Source of the DNA: Elusimicrobiota bacterium
Lineage (GTDB): Bacteria > Elusimicrobiota > Elusimicrobia > F11
Direction of reading: 5' to 3'
Length of the DNA stretch: 64,000 nt
NCBI GenBank assembly: GCA_044221725.1
Contig: JBGAON010000005.1
Coordinates: forward strand, 128,001 to 192,000
The position numbers and the translations under genes were made by a program. Positions 19,561-31,700 of the stretch are shown piece after piece (position 1 is the stretch's first letter; every line of letters starts with the position of its first letter). The notes beneath the pieces are model-generated. The model was not told the DNA's origin. It saw only the letters and a program-made list of their open reading frames with translations, and did not search any database.

Positions 19561-20571
19561 ATTACGTCGCGGGTATTATTTTGCTGTTCAACCAATTATC
19601 CAAACAACAGTTTCCTCAAAGATTTAATTCGGGAGTTCCCCTCGTTTCTCGACGGTATTTTCGCTGCATTTTCGGATGCAATTTATCACGGAGCAACGAC
19701 GTGAATTGATGTAGCAAGTAAAAAGTTCGGTTATAAATTTAACTTGTATGCGTGACTTGCGAACCAAACAAGCGATCAAATGTTTAAGCCAACGTCGCTT
19801 CTCATTCAATCGTTGGTCGCGCGGAACGACGCTCGTCGAGCTCATGCTCGCTGTTGCTATTTTGAGCATTATTGGTTTGGGGCTCGTCGGTACATTTGGC
19901 AGCGTCGGCAGAGCCATTCAATTTTCAAAAAACCGAACGCTCGCTTCAAACTTGGCGCAGGAAAAAATTCAGATTCTAAAAGAACAAAGTTTCAATAGAG
20001 TTCTTGTCACGACAGCTCCCGCTTATTTAACCGCCTTTAGTCCTGCGGTGCCTTATGATCAGGGTTATTACACTCCCGAATCGATTTTGGAAGGAGGCAA
20101 AAACTTCACGCGCTACACCTATGTTGAAGTGACCGACGAAAACAGTGGTTCTCTGGTTTATTCTGGAGCCGCTCCTGATACGGGAATGAAAGCCATAACG
20201 GTGACCGTAACATGGTCGGAAGGAACCAGCAGCAAAAAACTCCAAATAAGAAACATTCTTGGAAATATCAACATGAGAATGAACAACTCAATTGTTAAAG
20301 GAGTTGTTACCCGATTTGGCACCGCCACCGGAATTCAGGGTGCGCTTGTAACCATGGCCGAAAATGTAGGTTACCAGGATTACACGGACGCGAGTGGAAA
20401 TTACCTTATCAATTTACTTCCCGGGACTTACACGATGAATGTTACCGCCAAAGGTTATTTTCCCGCCTATATGACACTTTCCGTTTCTCCGACAGCTATC
20501 AATCAACCAATTTCTTTGGTGGCGATGGGCTCTGGCACCGTGCAAGGAACCGCGTGGATAAACGATCACTT

Positions 20572-21976
20572 CCGTCAATCCTTTTTTCAGTTGGAATTGC
20601 CCATGGCTCTCAAGCCGCCATCAATAATTCCGCTTGTTGATTTTGCTGATTCATCCGTTGCATCGCCAGTCGTAACATCGGCAGCGAACGATACCCTTTA
20701 ACCTTTCGCAGCTTTGGTTCGACCGTTATTAGAACTGTTCCCAACCATCGCTGCCGTTGATCAGAATTTTTCCAGTGACAGACTCGATTGGTTTTTGTTT
20801 CCACCAATTTGTTCACGTTTTCAATTACGTTCGTCGTTTTGAAACTGATGCCAAGCTGCTCAAAGATCCCAAGTTTCTGCAGCATTAGCGTGTCTTCGAA
20901 TCCTTCGTCGAGGCTATTGGCTGCAGAAACATTTACCCGTGACAGCTCGGTTCGAATTTCTTTGAGTGCATTCTTGGCTTGCGTGTACGAACTCGTCTCA
21001 TAAGCAACCTGTAGTTTTGGCCGGAAATAATTTTTGTCCGTCTCGCTCAAGTACGACAACACATCCTCGCGCTTGTGCCACGTGCACCGTTGGACAAACG
21101 CCGTGTCCGGGAATTCGTCATCCACACCTTTGCGGATTCCTTTGCTTCCGTCCATGACGAACAGAATCTCTTTGTCCACACGAAGTCCACGCGCCTTCAA
21201 CCCTTGAAAGAATTGTCGAATGACGCGGTGGTTCTCCGAACTCGTCTCTACAAACCCGAGAACCACTTTGTCGCCGGTCAGCGTGATCCCGACGGCGATC
21301 ACCATCTCCTTCTCACGCGAGAACGCTTTGCCGTCGATAAAAATCGCGATGATGTCGTAACTCGACAAGTTGCGTTCTTGCAGCGCACGTAGTTTCTTGG
21401 CAGACGAGCGGATCCACCGCCGGCTCACGCTGTTGCGCTTCAGTCCCATCGTTTGCGCGATCTGTAAGGCCGATTCCTCGTAATTGCCGGCGCTGATCCC
21501 ATGAATCATTCGCGACAGCGTCACCGCCTCGATTGTTGTCGGCTCCTGCAGCGCCGCATAACTCATTAGCGGTATTTCCTCGCCTGTCTTTTTGTTCCGA
21601 ACACGCGGAACCAGCGTCCTCACTTTCTGGTCGTACATGTACACCGATCCAGCGTTGAAGCCGTGTCGTCCATTTTCATGACCTCGATTGTGATAGCGAG
21701 GTCCCGCCAACTTGAAAACTTCCGCTTGCAGTTTTTCTTTCACTGCGTTCAACCCCAACGGAATCAATGCTTGGATCATCGCTATCTTTGCCGTCTCTTC
21801 TGGATTTTCTTGCCGCAATTGCTCTCGCAGCATTTCTTTCTTCTTGATGCGTATACCTGGATTTTTTACTGTCATCTTCACCTGTGGCCTCCTTTCGGCT
21901 CTATGATTTCTCGTCGAAACCATTAAAGCGTCTGTGAGGTCATGGGTCAAATTTCAACTGAATTTAGGAAACCGCC
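20572..21976 (-). mobile_element. IS256-family insertion sequence
   Basis: Flanked by direct repeat CGATCACTT (20563-20571, 21977-21985). Imperfect terminal inverted repeats share the core TTCAGTTG(G/A)AATT. Confidence 0.92.
20610..21881 (-). CDS. IS256 (Mutator-like) DDE transposase
   Basis: VPRVR, IFIDG, VMDGSKG, QRCTWHK, TTNVIENVN. GTG 21881 has SD GGAGG (track ORF starts at 21950). Confidence 0.93.
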   Translation of the reverse strand: MKMTVKNPGIRIKKKEMLREQLRQENPEETAKIAMIQALIPLGLNAVKEKLQAEVFKLAGPRYHNRGHENGRHGFNAGSVYMYDQKVRTLVPRVRNKKTGEEIPLMSYAALQEPTTIEAVTLSRMIHGISAGNYEESALQIAQTMGLKRNSVSRRWIRSSAKKLRALQERNLSSYDIIAIFIDGKAFSREKEMVIAVGITLTGDKVVLGFVETSSENHRVIRQFFQGLKARGLRVDKEILFVMDGSKGIRKGVDDEFPDTAFVQRCTWHKREDVLSYLSETDKNYFRPKLQVAYETSSYTQAKNALKEIRTELSRVNVSAANSLDEGFEDTLMLQKLGIFEQLGISFKTTNVIENVNKLVETKTNRVCHWKNSDQRQRWLGTVLITVEPKLRKVKGYRSLPMLRLAMQRMNQQNQQAELLMAA

Positions 21977-23748
21977 CGATCACTTGGTGATTAGCCAAGT
22001 TGTTGGAAACTCCATTAGTCCTTCTGGTTTTAATCAAGAATGGGTGGAAGTTTTTAATCCCACCACATGGACGTGGACTGCGTCGAATGTCGGACTTAAA
22101 TTCCAACGCGCGCCCAGCATCGATCCTGTCCCCGTCAACATTGCGATTAACTACGTTTCTGCGTCCATCGCGCCGGGCCAATTTTATTTGTTTGCAAACA
22201 CAACCACGATCACGGCCTCCGGGGCACCGGTGAGCGCGGATGCGACTTGGAGTTTAACGGCTGGCACCAACGACACCGCTTTTAATCCACGGTTCAGTGC
22301 AGCGAGTCCCAACATCATCACTACCTACGAAGATTCAAGTGCGTGGGGGAGAGGAAGCCTGATACTTTACAATGTCGCCAACGGATACACATTGGACATG
22401 ATGGGATGGAAAGGCGATGGTTCTCAGTCTCCTCCTCTTTACGAAGGAAGCCCCATGACGCAAGTTCAGGGACTGAATGATAGCGAGCAGTATTTCCGTC
22501 TTTCGAGTACGAGTGGTTATAACCCGGCTTATGGGCCGGCCTATGACTCAGGAAATAACGATGTGGATTTCGGGGCATTGAGTTCGGTGGGGTGGTTACC
22601 GAAAAATACACTTACAGCGACGGTTCCAATTGTTTCTGGTGTCCCAGCGATAGGCGCTTTTGTGACAGCGACGGATGGTCTTTCGCAAGTAGCCAATGCC
22701 AGTTCTTTCGGGAATCCTCCTTGCGCGCGGTTCCAATTAACATCGGTGGCAACGGGAACGTGGGTCGTATTCATCGCGAGCTCCAATGTATTCATGGAAA
22801 TCTCGTCCGTTACTGTTTCGCCGAACGCCACGACGTATATTCCGAATGCCACAACGTCTCCTTCATGGCCCGCTAACGGATACAACGCGGTTGTTCTTTC
22901 ATCGGCAGCGACCCAAGGATATGTTACGGGAACCGTGTTAAGCGCGATGGGCATCCCTATCAGTCCGTCCATCACGGTGAGTGCCAATGCTCTGACCGCC
23001 CAAGCAAACACTTCGAACGGGTCTTATCTTTTGCCTGTTCCGCCAGGCACTTATAACGTCATGGCCAATGCTCTCAATCAGAATTCACTTTACGTATACG
23101 ATTCGTCGGAAAGCGTTGTGGTCGCGTTGGGAGAGGTTACGTCAAATGTCAATTTCACTTTGACCCAAGGTGGAAAGATTCGCGGGTTCTGCACCCGAGA
23201 TGGCACAAACGCCCTGCCGGGAATTGTGTTTACCGCAGTAAATGCCGGTGGGGCCACAATCGATCAAGAAGTTTCGGGAAGCGATGGCAGGTATTTGCTG
23301 CAAAATCTATCGACGGGAACCTACACGGTTACTCCGACATTGGATTCCGGAGAAGTGGCATCGCCGACCAGTTCGGCCGTTACCGTAACGGCGGGCGCTG
23401 TTGTTTCGGCTGCCACGTTCACCATCACGGGAGCATTTGGAAGTGTGGCGGGCAGCGTGACCGATGCGGGAGCGGCCATAAAAACAGGCGTTGTTATCGT
23501 TTGTTCGACAATGACATTGTCCAGCGGGCCACCGCGTTTGAGTTCAAGCACGTTGACCACTGCGGCGATCTATGTGAGCAACAGCTATGAAGATGGAACC
23601 TATGCGATGGATGTTCGGGGCAGCACAAACACCACGTACGTTTTGTACGCGTATTACCCCAAATCCAATGGAATGGGATTTACCGTGAGCTCCCGCACGG
23701 TGACCAATGTTTCTATCACGCCGGGCGTGCGAACATCGGGAGTCAATT

Positions 23749-24252
23749 TTGCTTTCTGATTTTAAAAGAAATCGGCATGGAACGACCCTGCTCGAGATCA
23801 CGATTGTGGTCGCTATCATGGGTGTGTTGGTGATGATTGCGCCGAATTTGTATCGGCAGGTTCGAAAATTTTTTTTCCTTAATAACGCACGTATCGATCT
23901 TCAACGCGAAGCGCGCACCGTCATGGAACTCGTCACGCGACGTTTGCGGCAAGCGCAGCCAACAACGTTGGTGATGGATCAAGTAAGTGGACAGCCTTAT
24001 TATTCGCGAATTGCCTTTACGGATATCGATTCAAAAGCCACGGTCTATTATCAAAACGGTAAAAATCTCATGATGGTCGTGAATGGTTCGACATCGACGT
24101 TGACTGCGAACTTACGTTATCTCGCATTTGCTTTGCCCCGGTCGGATGATATGGGCATTGTTTCTGTTTCAATCACACTTGAGAAAACAATCTATCAAGG
24201 TCAAACGAAGGCTCTGCACATGGCTTCAGAAAAAGTTCGGGTGATGAATTAA
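23749..24252 (+). CDS. Prepilin-type minor pilin / pseudopilin (PilW/GspJ-like)
   Basis: G|TTLLEITIVVAIMGVLVM motif. TTG 23749 has GGGAG upstream and overlaps the previous stop (track start 23707). Confidence 0.82.
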   Translation: MLSDFKRNRHGTTLLEITIVVAIMGVLVMIAPNLYRQVRKFFFLNNARIDLQREARTVMELVTRRLRQAQPTTLVMDQVSGQPYYSRIAFTDIDSKATVYYQNGKNLMMVVNGSTSTLTANLRYLAFALPRSDDMGIVSVSITLEKTIYQGQTKALHMASEKVRVMN

Positions 24253-25667
24253 TGAGAGACAAATCGAAAGGATTTGCGCTGCCGATTGTTTTGGCGATTC
24301 TGTTGGTTTTCATGGTTCTGCTTCCGGCCATTGTTATGTTTACGCAACAGGACACGAAAATGTCGGTGAAGACAATAAAAACAAGCCTGGCCTTTAACCT
24401 TGCCGAAGCAGGAATTGATAGAGGCATGTGGAAGCTAAAAAGTTCATCATCCACTTTCGCCGCCGCGTTGAACGGAACCGCTGTAACCGGTTACAACTTT
24501 GATTCAACTTACACGGACGTTCCAGGGGGCAAATACCGCATTAAATTTTCTTCAGGTCCCGCGTCCAAGCAAGTAACAATTTGGGCCGAAGGACGCGACA
24601 CCGCCGGAAATCAAACCCGGTCCATCAAAGAAGTTGTACAGAATCAGACGATCTACAGTGCGTTGATGGCGGGTGGAAATATATCGTGGGCCAAAGGCTT
24701 GTGTGTCTATTGGGGACCCATCATGTCACAAGGAGATCTCACGCTAGCCGACGACAGCGTTGCGGGTTGGTATTTCCCATTAAAATACGCGAAGGGCACC
24801 GTGATAGGGACGGCCACAAACCCGAGAGACACGAACAGTTTGACGCCACCCAACACGGACAACACGGAGTGGTGGTCCGAATACGACGGTGTTCCCGATG
24901 TTCCTGTTCTTGATTTTGCTGCGCTGCGATCTTCTGCCGCCGCGACCGGTACGTTAAATGTGTACGGATGTCGTTCCACTCAGGGCGGTGCCGGCACGAA
25001 TAATAGTGCGACCGCGTGGGACACACGTGCCTCTTGCTCGTCGGCCGGCGCTCATGCCACCCATTTCGGTAACTCGTGGTGCCATCCGAAATCGGCGCGC
25101 AACACTCCCTCCACGAATTATGTTTGGTATTGGGATGGAGATGTCACATTGAGCGGCGCTTGGTGTGGTTCAAGTCCTTGCAATCAAAGCACGGGATTAA
25201 GAGGCACTTTTATTGTTCGCGGCAATCTCACAATTGATACACCGGGCGAATACAATTACACGGGCAATGTGCCTACGAACGCATGGCAGCAAGAAAACAA
25301 ATTAACGAAAACGACGTTCGACAGTTCGTCGGCCTCCGAATATCCGGGAGATCTCGGGCTTCATAACAGCAAAGCCACGTATGCTTTCGGCACGGATAGC
25401 TGGTGTCAACCTCTATCCGGTTGCGGATGGCGAGCCACCGTCGGTCTTAGAGGGTTTACCTATGTCGGCGGGAACCTAACCATTCTCCAATACCTTGATT
25501 TCAATGGAGCGGTGTGGGTGAATGGAACGGTAACGGCAAGCGGAGGGACCTCCACCACTTTTTGCACCGTATTTTACGACGATACGTTAACGGTGCCGGC
25601 CCTTAATGTAATTCTCATTCGTGTATCATGGAACGAAGTGGCTCCGAGTTCCACTGTCTGGAACTGA
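24252..25667 (+). CDS. PilX-like minor pilin with Cys/Trp-rich C-terminal domain
   Basis: KG|FALPIVLAILLVF lacks Glu5, and AFNLAEAGIDRG is the PilX N-terminal signature. Translationally coupled (TAATG). Confidence 0.82.
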   Translation: MRDKSKGFALPIVLAILLVFMVLLPAIVMFTQQDTKMSVKTIKTSLAFNLAEAGIDRGMWKLKSSSSTFAAALNGTAVTGYNFDSTYTDVPGGKYRIKFSSGPASKQVTIWAEGRDTAGNQTRSIKEVVQNQTIYSALMAGGNISWAKGLCVYWGPIMSQGDLTLADDSVAGWYFPLKYAKGTVIGTATNPRDTNSLTPPNTDNTEWWSEYDGVPDVPVLDFAALRSSAAATGTLNVYGCRSTQGGAGTNNSATAWDTRASCSSAGAHATHFGNSWCHPKSARNTPSTNYVWYWDGDVTLSGAWCGSSPCNQSTGLRGTFIVRGNLTIDTPGEYNYTGNVPTNAWQQENKLTKTTFDSSSASEYPGDLGLHNSKATYAFGTDSWCQPLSGCGWRATVGLRGFTYVGGNLTILQYLDFNGAVWVNGTVTASGGTSTTFCTVFYDDTLTVPALNVILIRVSWNEVAPSSTVWN

Positions 25668-25695
25668 CCTGCGACCATACGAGCAGCGGAAAGTT

Positions 25696-25749
25696 GTTAC
25701 AACAAATTTGCAAGTCCTTAAGATTGGCTTAAGACAGCTCTTGTCTAAT
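25696..25749 (+). promoter_or_regulatory. Four-repeat operator upstream of the 2529-aa gene
   Basis: GTTAC(25696), TTTGC(25707), CTTAA(25717), CTTAA(25728), then a -10-like TCTAAT at 25744. Confidence 0.65.
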
Positions 25750-25756
25750 AGAAATT

Positions 25757-28700
25757 GTGAAAAAATCCCTCGTAAGGAGCGTTGCGGCGGCTCTATCGGT
25801 TGTTTATTTTGCAACGAACATTGCGTGGGCACACCAATCAGCCGTTGTCGAATTGGATTTCCGGTCTCACGCGACAATTTGGGCGGACCGCAAACCAACA
25901 GAGCCGTACCCAAAGACTCCGCCAACAAAGCTCGCCGCCCTGCCTGCCAACATCAATGCGCAACTGCCCTCGATCAATCGCCAATTCTCTGCGATCAAAG
26001 AAAACGCCGCTTCGATTTCTTCCCGCATAAGTAATTCGCTTTCGGAGAAGAACGCGCAAATGCTGGCGCCGCTTTTTCGCACGCTGCCGCAAACCGCGGG
26101 CACAATTCGAAAAATTGAAGTACCGCGCGCGGAGCCGCGCGGAGTCGTCGTGCACATTCAGGATGTCCACCGAAATTTTGAAGCGCAAACGAATATCGGG
26201 AACGCCGTCGAGCAGCTGACCCGTGCGAATCTCGTTCAAGCGGTGGCGCTCGAAGGCGCGTTCGGTCCGATTGATTTGTCGTGGTACAACAATTATCCGT
26301 TTCAGGATTCGGTGAAAACCGTTGCCGACTACTTATTAAAGGAACACCGAATTTCTGGACCCATCCGTGCGGGTATGACCGCGGCGAAGAACCAGGAACT
26401 AGGAACATCGTACATCGGTATTGACGATCCCACTCATTACGCCGCCAATGTCCGGGCCGTGCGCGCCGCAAAGACAGCCGAGACGAACATCAAAGAGGAT
26501 CTCGAAAAACAAAATCGCGAGCTCGCCGCTGCGAAACTGAAATATTTCAGCGCTGCGCTAAGAGATTTCGATCGTCACGTGGAGGCTTATCGCCGCGGAA
26601 ATGTTTCGTGGGGCGATCACGTGGAATATCTTTCCGACAAATCCGTAACGCGGGTTTCTCCACGCATCGACGCATTCCTTGTTGCATTAACGATGGAGAA
26701 AGAACTGAATGTTGCGGCGATCGAATCGGAGCGTGCGCGACTGCTTGAAAAGCTGGCGGGCAAGCTATCGAAGGGCGAAACGAACGAGTTGCTAGCGATG
26801 AGCGCGGCTTTCCGTGATGGGCGCCTTAATCACGCTGACTTCTATTCGTTTTTGAAAAGATTCTGCCAACAGAAGTCCATCGACCTAGCGAGCTACCGTT
26901 CATTCGACGGGTATGTTCGTTACGTGTTGCTTTGCGAGCGTTTGGATGTGGAAGCAATTCTCGAAGAAGTGGCGACGCTCGAAAAAACAACCTATTCATC
27001 GCTCGCACGAACAGAAAAAGAAAAGGAATTGGTGCAAACGGCGCGCGGGCTGTATTTGGCGGGGAAATTAACGGATTTTGCGCTGACGAAGGAAGAGTGG
27101 ACGGAATATAGGAGTGAATTTATAACATGGGGAGGGAAAAGGCCCTTTGAAGAATTTTATAAGCAGGCCGAGCTTCGAGACTCGGCAATGGCCAATAATC
27201 TCATCCACGTACTACGTAGCCGGTACAAAGTACCACGTACGTCTCTCAGCATCCTTGTCACCGGCGGCTTCCACTCGACCGGTATCGACCGCCAACTTGT
27301 GGACGCGGGATACACCGTCGTAACCTACATTCCGAAAATTTCGAAAGTCGACGACGTCGCGGGCTCTTCCTACCTCAGCGTGTTCACGCAGGAAAAAACG
27401 CCGCTCGACCAACTGTTCGCGGGCGAGAAACTTTTCTTGGCCGAGAAGCCGGTTGCCTCTGCCGCAATGATGTCGTCGAGCGTGCACATGGTAAATCAAA
27501 TTAATCATCGCGGCGCAGAATCTCCAGCACCATTGGATGTTCCAGCAAAAGACGTTGCCGAGACCAAGGTGAACGGTGACGAAGCGCAAATGCCGATGAA
27601 GGGTGGTATTTTGAAAATTCGGGCGAGATCTGGTGGCTTGCTTGATATTCGATTCAACCCGTCATTGCTTCAGCGAATTGCGGGTGTAATCGCGGTGGGC
27701 GCCCTCATGTTGTTTGCTGGCGTTTTGCCCGCGCAAGATTTTGCGCAAGGTTCCCAGGGAGCGCCGGCGGCCACGGCGCAAGATGCGAATGCTGTCTCGC
27801 TTGCGTTGAAAATTACGGGCGTGTTCTTCGGCTTGTTTGCGGTGCTCCAAACCGTGATCACTGTTCAGCGCACATTCGAATGGAACCTTCGCGATTGGAA
27901 GCGCGGACAGGTGAGGCCAAGAGAGATGCTTTCCATGGCAGGCTCGTGGCTGTTCGTTGACATTTCTTTGCCCGCGATGTTCGGCACGGCGTGGATGATT
28001 TTGCATCTTGGATACAACTTCGCGATTTCAAACATTGGGATGCGGGCGCTCCTTTTTGGAGCTGAGAAAGAATATTTCACTTTTATGGCGATGACACTTT
28101 TCCTTGCGATCGTTCTTTTTCTGCTACGCGATCCCCGGTTGTATTCTGTCCGGCAGGAACGCGAAGGCGTGACGTCCGGGCCGGAGGGAAATAACGACAG
28201 AGCGCATTTGCGCTATTTGGTCCCCTGGCTTTTTGCACCGATCATCGCCGGCGCGATGCCGAGCGCGATGTTGGCCCAGTCGGGCGCGCCGCCGGTGGAA
28301 AATTCGAATCGCGGTTTTTATCAAGCCGCCGCCAAGAATGCTGCGGTGGAAATTGCGCCGGAAGCTGACGCTGCTCAGCCGAAATGGAAGGAATTAATGA
28401 ACTTCGGTTTCCAATTCACGGCGACCGGTGACATTCGCGGCGGCTGGGGCAAAACCGATTTTGATTGGAACCGCACGAAAACCGAGCAGGCGAAATTGGT
28501 GGAGATGTTTAAAGGCAACGTGTACACGACGTTCGTGAATGATTTCGACCAAAAATTGAAAGACCGTGAGCTCACGGCCAAATTTCTCAAGAACCCGACA
28601 TGGCGCAAGAAAAAGATTGATGAGATGGTCGAGCTCGCAAAAGGCAGTCTCGGCGTCGGAATTGATTTTGAAAACATGTCGCGCAACAGCACGGCTGATT

Positions 28701-31700
28701 TCAAGTTGTTCATTGAAGAGCTCGCCAAAGAACTCCACGCGAAAAATTCAAAGCTTTGTGTGATTGTCGAGCCCAAGACCGATACAAACGTCGGTGATCG
28801 CGGACGCGCGATTGACTGGGCGCATCTCGCAAAACACGCCGACGAAGTTCAGGTGATGGCCTATTGGTACGGGCAAGGCCCCACCCGGCCCGACCAGATT
28901 GCGCCGCTCAGTTGGATCAAGCAAATGGTCGCGCTCGCGGAAAAACAGGGACTCAAGGGAAAATTCACCGTCGCGCTCACCACATTCGGTTACGACTGGG
29001 CTTTGGATGGGTCCGGCCGGCAGGCGCTCAGCAAAACCGCGTTCTCGGAAATCGAAGCGCAGAAAGCGAATTGGAAGCGCTACGCGGACGGCGGCTCGAT
29101 TTACTACGAATACACAGCGAACGACGGCAAGCAACACCGAGTTGTCACGGAAGATCTCGTCAGCATCCAACAAAAATACGAAGAGTTGAAAAAATTACAG
29201 ATCCCCGTCGTGTTGTGGGCGTTTGGTTTTGGTGACCCGGAAATTTTTAAGTGGGGTGAAAAAGCAGGTCTGTCCGTTTATCTTCCCTACTTTAGCGAGC
29301 CGGTCAAAGAGCTTTTGCGCAAACCGCAAACGCCGAAGACCGATAAGGTTGACCTGCAATTCCGCGGAAGCCCGTTTTTCCTCTTGGCATTGATCGGCCT
29401 GTTCATCGGTGCGCCGTTGTCGTTCGCGAATTCCAGTTCGGTCTCCAATTCCGCGAACGCCGGGACTCCGTCGGTTCCGGTTTTTGCTCAAGCTGGTTTG
29501 CTTAAAGAATATTGGTTCCTTCCTGTGATTGTTGGAATCGTAACTGCCGCGGTCATCTTTTTTATTTTGCGGAGCCGGTGGCCTAGCAATCCGCCGGCGA
29601 CGGTTATGGAAGCGCCGACGCCGAATTACGCGTCGGACGAAGAACTTAAATCTTTCGTCGAGCGAAATCTTGCCCGATCGTATCTTGACGTGCCACGGAT
29701 TTTGGTGGATGCACGACAAATAGTCGCCCCGCCTTCTGTTCAGGATCTGGTTGGTCGTCTTATTGCCGTGTGTGCTGATTTTGTTGCGACGGAACAGCGC
29801 ATCGAAGACGCCGACGAAGCCGGATCAAAAATAACTGCTGTACTGAAAGCCATTCAATCCCGAGTGAAATTGAAAGTTGAAGCTCGTTACATCTCCCAAC
29901 AAACGGCCGACGATTTTTGGATTACAGATGAGCAGCTTTTATCGAGAACCGCAGAATTCTTGGATTGGATGAATGATGGCCTTGCCGGCGAACGCAAAAA
30001 GCCGGCCACGATGATTCCCGAGCCAGATTTGGTATTGCCCACCGGCAATGAAGTGGGAACATCCTTCGTCGTAAGCATCGGCGGAACGAATGGTTTCTTG
30101 CAGGAAGTAACGCTGTTGGGCCACGGCGAATTTGAGAACAAAGGCAAAACGCGCGTCGATATTTTGCGCTACAAACAGGATATTTCGGGCATTTTCGACG
30201 AATACGCCCAGGCGATTGCCGCGCGCATGGGAAACCAAAAAAAAGAGCAACGTTCGGTTGGTGTTGTTTGGGCGCATCCGGTTGAAAAGATCCGCGGGAA
30301 GGTGATCGCGCGCGGCTTGTCAAAAGGCTGGCTCGATCCGCAGAAGAAAGTTGTGGACCAGGATATTCAGCAATTGTTCAACGATGCGCTTCGACGTGCC
30401 GGTCTTGCGAACGTAACGGTCAGTATTGTCGTGAACGATACCTTTAATCCGCTGGCGGCACTGTCGTACATTCTTATTGGCAAACGCAAAAAGACCAAAG
30501 CGGCGCTTGCCGGTGCGATTTTGGGCACCGGTTCGAACGAAGCTTTCTTCGTGCCGGGATTTGGTTGGATAAACGGCGAGACCGGCGCCGATGATATGAC
30601 CAACCGCGATGGTTACGAACTATTTTCTACGCTCGAAGACAAAATTGTCGCTGCCGAAGATCCCGTCAATGAACACCGCTTTGAAAAACGTGTCGCTGGT
30701 AATTATCTCGCGAAGCTGTTTGTGCTGCGTCTCAAAGCAATCCGAAACGGAACAGGCATGTTTCGCTGGCTCGACGAAATTCCCCAATTTCGCGACGAAA
30801 CATTGGACAGTTCGTTCCTGTCGTTTGTTGCGGACAAAAATATTCGGGACCTGATTTCCATTGAGCGAAAAATTCGGGAAATGTATTGGCGATCGCGCAA
30901 ACATTCCCGTTTTGTTGCCAAGTTGTTGTCCCACACGGAAAAAACTTCTTTCGCGAGCGATCACGAATTGTTTGTGATGTACGAAGCCGTAAAAGCGATT
31001 GCCGAACGATCCGCACGGCTTTTGGCCACGCATTACGCGGGTATCGCGCTGCGAAACGATCCGGAAATTAAGGAGCCGCAATGGTTCGCCGTTGAAGGCA
31101 GCGTGTTCAACAAATACCCGGGCTACAAAGCCATGGTGATGAATGCGATTGTGAAAATTGTCGGAGTGGAAAAAGCCGCCCGCATCGAATTGATCGGAGC
31201 CGAGGAAATTGCCCAAAATCTCGAAGGCGTGGGCGCTGCCATTCTCGCGATCACGGCGTACAACAAGCAGCGTGTTGCGCCACACGACGCGGTAAGAGTT
31301 TTTGAAGAGCTTCGCGCCGCGTCCGGCGGACGGCGGGTCACGGTTGTCGGAGCCAATGATTTTGCGGTGCAACATGAGGCTATTGGAAATCTGTTTAACG
31401 TCGCGGGGCCCACGGAAATCGCTGTATTAACGGGAGGCAACTGGGCCCAAACCGGCGCGCGTGTCGAAGCGGCACCGCATACGAAAGCCATTGGAGTATC
31501 GTCCGAAGATTTTCTGCAGTTGCTAAACATTTTCGCGGAAGCGTTCTCCAATTTGAATGGCGTGAACCAGCACATTGTTCAAGAATTCCGAGAGGCGGCG
31601 CAGCGATCGGGCGTGCTCGTGCCGAGAGAATTCTTGACTGGCCTTCACGTTACACCCGACGCGATTTACAACTCGCATCCGGCGGTCGGTGCACTGAACG

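Larger units (their letters stand above)
19748..23759 (+). pseudogene. Large prepilin-type protein (PilV-like N-terminus, carboxypeptidase-regulatory-like repeats, lamin-tail-like domain) split by IS256
   Basis: G|TTLVELMLAVAILSIIGLG prepilin motif. Removing the IS and one target copy joins 19748-20571 to 21986-23759 in frame (...AWINDH|LVISQVVG...), giving 2598 bp = 865 aa. Confidence 0.88.

Noticed and set aside
21942..23759. Independent 605-aa gene
   Set aside because: Its ATG lies inside the IS256 end and is poorly spaced from any SD. It is the 3' half of the interrupted pilin-like gene, though residual translation cannot be excluded.
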